Assembly: GCA_001563335.1 (NCBI GenBank)
Contig: LRSL01000109.1
Location: 1 to 64,000, forward strand
Origin: Candidatus Thorarchaeota archaeon SMTZ1-45
GTDB lineage: Archaea; Asgardarchaeota; Thorarchaeia; Thorarchaeales; Thorarchaeaceae
Direction: 5' to 3'
DNA: 64,000 nt
Positions 60,496 through 64,000 of this stretch are shown in pieces (position 1 is the first letter of the stretch; each line of letters opens with the position of its first letter). Under the pieces are notes generated by a model that saw only the letters and a program-made list of their open reading frames with translations, ran no database searches and had not been told where the DNA came from. Both the position numbers and the translations under genes were made by a program.

Positions 60496-61503
60496 CTATA
60501 CTGGACTATCTTCGTTCGAATCAGTTGTTTTTTCAACAATCCTCCTAATGAGCTCTACCGAAGTGACAAGCGCCTTATCGAGGTTTGACTTTCCATTGGC
60601 TCCGGCGGCATTTGCATGTCCACCACCCTCACCCTCTATAATTTGACCGACTGGTTCCATTACATCAGAACCAAGACTGACTCCTGTCTTTTCGTAGAAT
60701 TCTCTTCTACTACGTGAGCTGAGTCTCACAACATCTTTAGATGGACTACCACCAACAATGGCAACATCAGCGCCTAACTCAATGAGTCCTCGACATGCAC
60801 TTGCTTCGAATGCATTGACTTTTGAAATAGCTACAATCCAATCACCAATTGTATGTACTTTAACTCGTCCGGCTGCCTTTAAGCGAGCAATTCTTTCAGA
60901 TTTGTCAGGCTTGATTAATAGAGATTTCATGCATTCTTGATAATTAGCTCCTGCAACAATCAGTTCAATAGCTGTGGATAGTGTTTCATAGCCTGCGAAG
61001 AAAAACCGGCGTGTGTCAAAAATCATACCTGTGAGCAATAGGTCAGCAGTGTTAGCATCAATTTGAACTCCTAAGTCAGAATATAGTTTCACCATAATCT
61101 CACATGTAGATGACATCTCATCATGTAATATTTGGTGCTCAGCAATCAGATTGATCTCGGGGTTCCGTTCATGATGATCAATCACTATCGTCTTTTTGGG
61201 ATTTTCTAGAATGTTTTTCAGTGAAGGTCCAAGTTGGAATCTGCTGTTTGTATCAAGTAAAACAAATAAGTCGTGGTTCGAGCCGGCAGTATTTGAAACC
61301 TGTACCTTGGGTGCGAATGTCTGTAAAACCTGATTCGATAGTCGACTAATGTCGTCTGCTGCAAGGTGGAGGTTACCATTAGGATTTAGTGTTTTATAGA
61401 GCCTAGCAAATGCAATCATTGAACAGACTGCATCAGGATCAGCGTTTTGATGTCCAAGAATGAGGAGGTTCTTTGAGTCCTTTAGGAGACTCTCTAGACT
61501 CAC
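60496..61503 (-). CDS. DHH/DHHA1 phosphoesterase
   Basis: HQNADPDA, IDHH, DT and GGGHANAAG. Confidence 0.92.
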   Translation of the reverse strand: MSLESLLKDSKNLLILGHQNADPDAVCSMIAFARLYKTLNPNGNLHLAADDISRLSNQVLQTFAPKVQVSNTAGSNHDLFVLLDTNSRFQLGPSLKNILENPKKTIVIDHHERNPEINLIAEHQILHDEMSSTCEIMVKLYSDLGVQIDANTADLLLTGMIFDTRRFFFAGYETLSTAIELIVAGANYQECMKSLLIKPDKSERIARLKAAGRVKVHTIGDWIVAISKVNAFEASACRGLIELGADVAIVGGSPSKDVVRLSSRSRREFYEKTGVSLGSDVMEPVGQIIEGEGGGHANAAGANGKSNLDKALVTSVELIRRIVEKTTDSNEDSPV

Positions 61504-61811
61504 TTTTTCTTCATCTCCGTCAGCCGATTCTCAAGCCACTTCACTCCAAAATCAGTTGCATCTTGTAGCAGGTCATCAAGGGGTTGACTTGTACCGAACA
61601 GTTGATCTATCTCTATCTCAACATCGAGGTCAAGCTGACCATCAATTAGTTCCAAAGCACAGCTAACGAATAAAGTATCAATACTCTTCTCAGGAATCTT
61701 CTTCAGAATGAATTTGCTAATTTGTGATTCGCAATCTTCTGCAAGTTGCTCTAGAACATCCTCAGTCATATCTGGAAGTCCTAGTGTAATTATGGGACTC
61801 ATCTTTCTCAC
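61500..61811 (-). CDS. DUF3194-like conserved archaeal protein
   Basis: GLP.L..E.L N-terminus, acidic; usual position after prefoldin beta. Confidence 0.6.
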   Translation of the reverse strand: MRKMSPIITLGLPDMTEDVLEQLAEDCESQISKFILKKIPEKSIDTLFVSCALELIDGQLDLDVEIEIDQLFGTSQPLDDLLQDATDFGVKWLENRLTEMKKK

Positions 61812-62170
61812 TGAAGACGTAGGTTACGCTTGGAAAGCTCAAGCTGAATCTTATTATCAAGTTCTGTGAGCTCAGGGGTAAGTGTTGCGAGCTTGGTTTC
61901 AGCTTGCTTTATGCTCTTCTCAAGACCCTTTGCTTCAGTTTCAAGTTCGCTAACCATTGCAGGTTTTTCGACTCGGAACATGACCTGTCCCACAGCCTTG
62001 TAGGTAACCGTGTCATCAGGTTGTTTCCTTAAATTTTCAAGTGTTTCATTCAGCTGCTTAACCCGTTCCTTATAGGTTTCAACCATGTTAGTAAATGCGT
62101 CATGCTGACGTTTTAGATTATACAACTTCCGAATGTCAGAGTCCAATTCTGGAGGAATATTCTGAGCCAT
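61808..62170 (-). CDS. pfdB: Prefoldin beta subunit
   Basis: Coiled coil - YKAVGQVM hairpin - coiled coil; operon context. Confidence 0.88.
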   Translation of the reverse strand: MAQNIPPELDSDIRKLYNLKRQHDAFTNMVETYKERVKQLNETLENLRKQPDDTVTYKAVGQVMFRVEKPAMVSELETEAKGLEKSIKQAETKLATLTPELTELDNKIQLELSKRNLRLQ

Positions 62171-62254
62171 AGTTAGTGCACTCCTGTTTTCTCAAAAAGC
62201 TCCTTTCAAACTGCGCCTTATTAGTTGGGACTTAAGCATTTTGATTGGTCGATT

Positions 62255-62524
62255 TCAGCCTACTTGCTCAATTGATTTGATGCAGGCGGAAACCCATGCA
62301 ATATAGGAGTTCATTGCAGCACGCAATGAGGTTATGTCGCTAGCCTCGATTTCGATGATCAGAACTTTATCTCGAACAGATACTTGAGTTGTTGCTCTTT
62401 CAGATGGACTCGACCGAGTTTCAGGTTTGAGAGCAGCAAGGAGTATTTCTGCTGTTTGTTTTGAGTCGACTGGAATCTCAATCACTGATTTTCCTGAAAC
62501 AATACTTGAACCCATCCTACACAT
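62255..62524 (-). CDS. pcc1: KEOPS complex subunit Pcc1
   Basis: ALKPE and IEASDITSLRAAMNSY. Confidence 0.9.
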   Translation of the reverse strand: MCRMGSSIVSGKSVIEIPVDSKQTAEILLAALKPETRSSPSERATTQVSVRDKVLIIEIEASDITSLRAAMNSYIAWVSACIKSIEQVG

Positions 62525-63074
62525 TACTCCTGATTGATGTTACCTTGATTCTTGGACCTATTTCGATTCTTTCTGTAGAATGATAATGTGTCCAAAGAAT
62601 CTTTCCAGAAGGCTGGTCTTCTAACCAAATTAGTGACAAATTTTCCTCTATCAGAGCATCTTTGGGATGAGCTATCTCAACCATAGCAATACCAAGAAAT
62701 GATGATAATATCAATCCAAGTTCTCTAGTTTTGATATGGCTTCCTGATTTTATGAAGACTCCAGCAGTTCCGACGAGTCTTGTTTTCTTGTTCGCATTAA
62801 CCTCACGTCTGAGTTTTGCACTCTCAATCTTTATTGTAACAAGTTCTTCTCCTTTAGAAGATTTGAAACTAAGTATACTTGGATTTCCTTTCCACATCGA
62901 AATAACAAGCGCAGCCTTGGCACCAGACTGCGCTACACGAGCAGCTAGTTCAGTTAAACCCATTCCACCCCGGTTGAATCGTTCAGTTCCAGGAAGGACT
63001 GCCCATAGATCACGTGAAAAAGAGCGCACTCGGTTGCTTGTCTTCCGTGAGGTTGTAATAAGCAGATTGGGCAA
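62517..63074 (-). CDS. Brix-domain ribosome biogenesis protein (Imp4-like)
   Basis: LITTSRK.S.R.RSF, NRG, KGNP and IGPRI. Confidence 0.88.
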   Translation of the reverse strand: MPNLLITTSRKTSNRVRSFSRDLWAVLPGTERFNRGGMGLTELAARVAQSGAKAALVISMWKGNPSILSFKSSKGEELVTIKIESAKLRREVNANKKTRLVGTAGVFIKSGSHIKTRELGLILSSFLGIAMVEIAHPKDALIEENLSLIWLEDQPSGKILWTHYHSTERIEIGPRIKVTSIRSNV

Positions 63075-63091
63075 GATATTTCGGCCTGAAG

Positions 63092-63493
63092 TTACTCTAC
63101 ATCATTAAGAGTTTCTGTATCATCAGTGGTGACTGCTTCAGTGTCGATTTCGACCTTTTCCGTTTCAACATTAGGAAGGAAATCAACTACTTCTTCAATG
63201 TCTTCATCTTCTCGAAGTGAAAGAAAATCACCTGAAACCCTCTGAGCAATAGCTCTCTTTGCAGCTTTTCCAGCCTCAGTAAATGGTACATATGCACCAC
63301 CAGCAAAGAGCAGGTCGCATTTACTGCACTCCCAAAGGCCAACAGCTTTTCTCTTCAACGCTTTCGTAGCACATGAAGGACAACGTGTTGGTTCCTTCCT
63401 TCGGCTGTCGATATCAAGGGCTCTACGCCGCAGCTTGGCACCATACCTTGATCCATATCTTCCTGTGCTACCAACCTTCTTAGTTCGTGCCAT
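63092..63493 (-). CDS. rpl37ae: 50S ribosomal protein L37Ae (eL43)
   Basis: TKKVG.TGRYGSRYG, CPSC, GLWECSKC and FAGGAY; acidic tail. Confidence 0.95.
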   Translation of the reverse strand: MARTKKVGSTGRYGSRYGAKLRRRALDIDSRRKEPTRCPSCATKALKRKAVGLWECSKCDLLFAGGAYVPFTEAGKAAKRAIAQRVSGDFLSLREDEDIEEVVDFLPNVETEKVEIDTEAVTTDDTETLNDVE

Positions 63494-63647
63494 TTCTTGG
63501 ACTCCTTTGCTGTTTACTTTACTCTCATGAAAAGAGTGGTTAGGCTGCTGGAACCTATCAGTCGCCCAGCAGTTCCTCTTATTATCTTATCTATCGGTAA
63601 ATAGAAGTTGGATGATTGGGAACTAGTCCAAATCATCTACATTTAAA

Positions 63648-64000
63648 CTATTCAACTGATTTTACAGCCTCGTCAATGACTTTATGAAGGTCCTTGTTTG
63701 CCTCCTGAGCAATGTCCATAGCTTGATCAATAAGCTCAAGGGACATTGGTCCGGATCCGCCACCTTTTTGCATGGCTGTGAAGTTATTATTCCTATCAAC
63801 TGCCATGGTCAATCTACAATCTTGAACGAACTCTTCCTTTAGAATTGTATCAAGGATTAGAATGTCATCAATCTTCGCGACTGTTACCTCAACAGCGACA
63901 TTCTTTATCGGAAGAGACAGTAGTTCTCCGGTTTCTATGAGTTTACCATCTTCAACCTTCATTTCAGGATACTTTGTTGTGAGGAGCGCTGCATTGACAG
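63648..64000 (-). CDS. rrp42: Exosome subunit Rrp42, C-terminal part (runs off the window)
   Basis: ALLTT.YP upstream in frame, LPI, ILD...EE and AMQKGG; position upstream of rpl37ae. Confidence 0.85.
   Translation of the reverse strand, partial: VNAALLTTKYPEMKVEDGKLIETGELLSLPIKNVAVEVTVAKIDDILILDTILKEEFVQDCRLTMAVDRNNNFTAMQKGGGSGPMSLELIDQAMDIAQEANKDLHKVIDEAVKSVE

Noticed and set aside
1-64000. tRNA, rRNA, CRISPR arrays, IS elements and prophage genes
   Set aside because: None recognised by eye. Intergenic gaps are short and lack such signatures, though a covariance-model search could still find small RNAs.

Overview
Gene-dense archaeal chromosome segment, almost certainly from an Asgard archaeon (probably Thorarchaeia; an inference from a eukaryote-like actin, a two-domain gelsolin, a Rab-like GTPase, a longin/NPRL2-like protein and an archaeal exosome-r-protein-KEOPS-prefoldin cluster). 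About 55 CDS; no rRNA, tRNA or CRISPR array was seen. The most unusual locus is 43.1-52.9 kb. The long-type urocanate hydratase gene (hutU) is interrupted in its conserved ELVTYG-ESGQVCQNW motif by a 31-nt insert (44747-44777). The insert folds with both exon flanks into a relaxed bulge-helix-bulge structure whose predicted cut sites restore a 672-aa frame, so it is a candidate archaeal mRNA intron; translational bypass between matched GGA codons or an inactivating scar are the alternatives. Directly upstream is a ~7.5-kb island with no visible integrase, encoding a membrane-anchored HerA/VirB4-like ATPase and a ~1200-aa acidic + helical-repeat + LAGLIDADG protein. A second, diverged and truncated hutU 5' end bounds the island on the far side. 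Other notable items: a catalytically dead MCM-like protein coupled to a DNA methyltransferase, a wHTH-CARF regulator + Mini-III-like RNase + SAMHD1-like dNTPase cluster, a stand-alone PriL-CTD-like Fe-S protein, and probable ATT and CTG start codons. All assignments come from motif recognition by eye; no searches were run.
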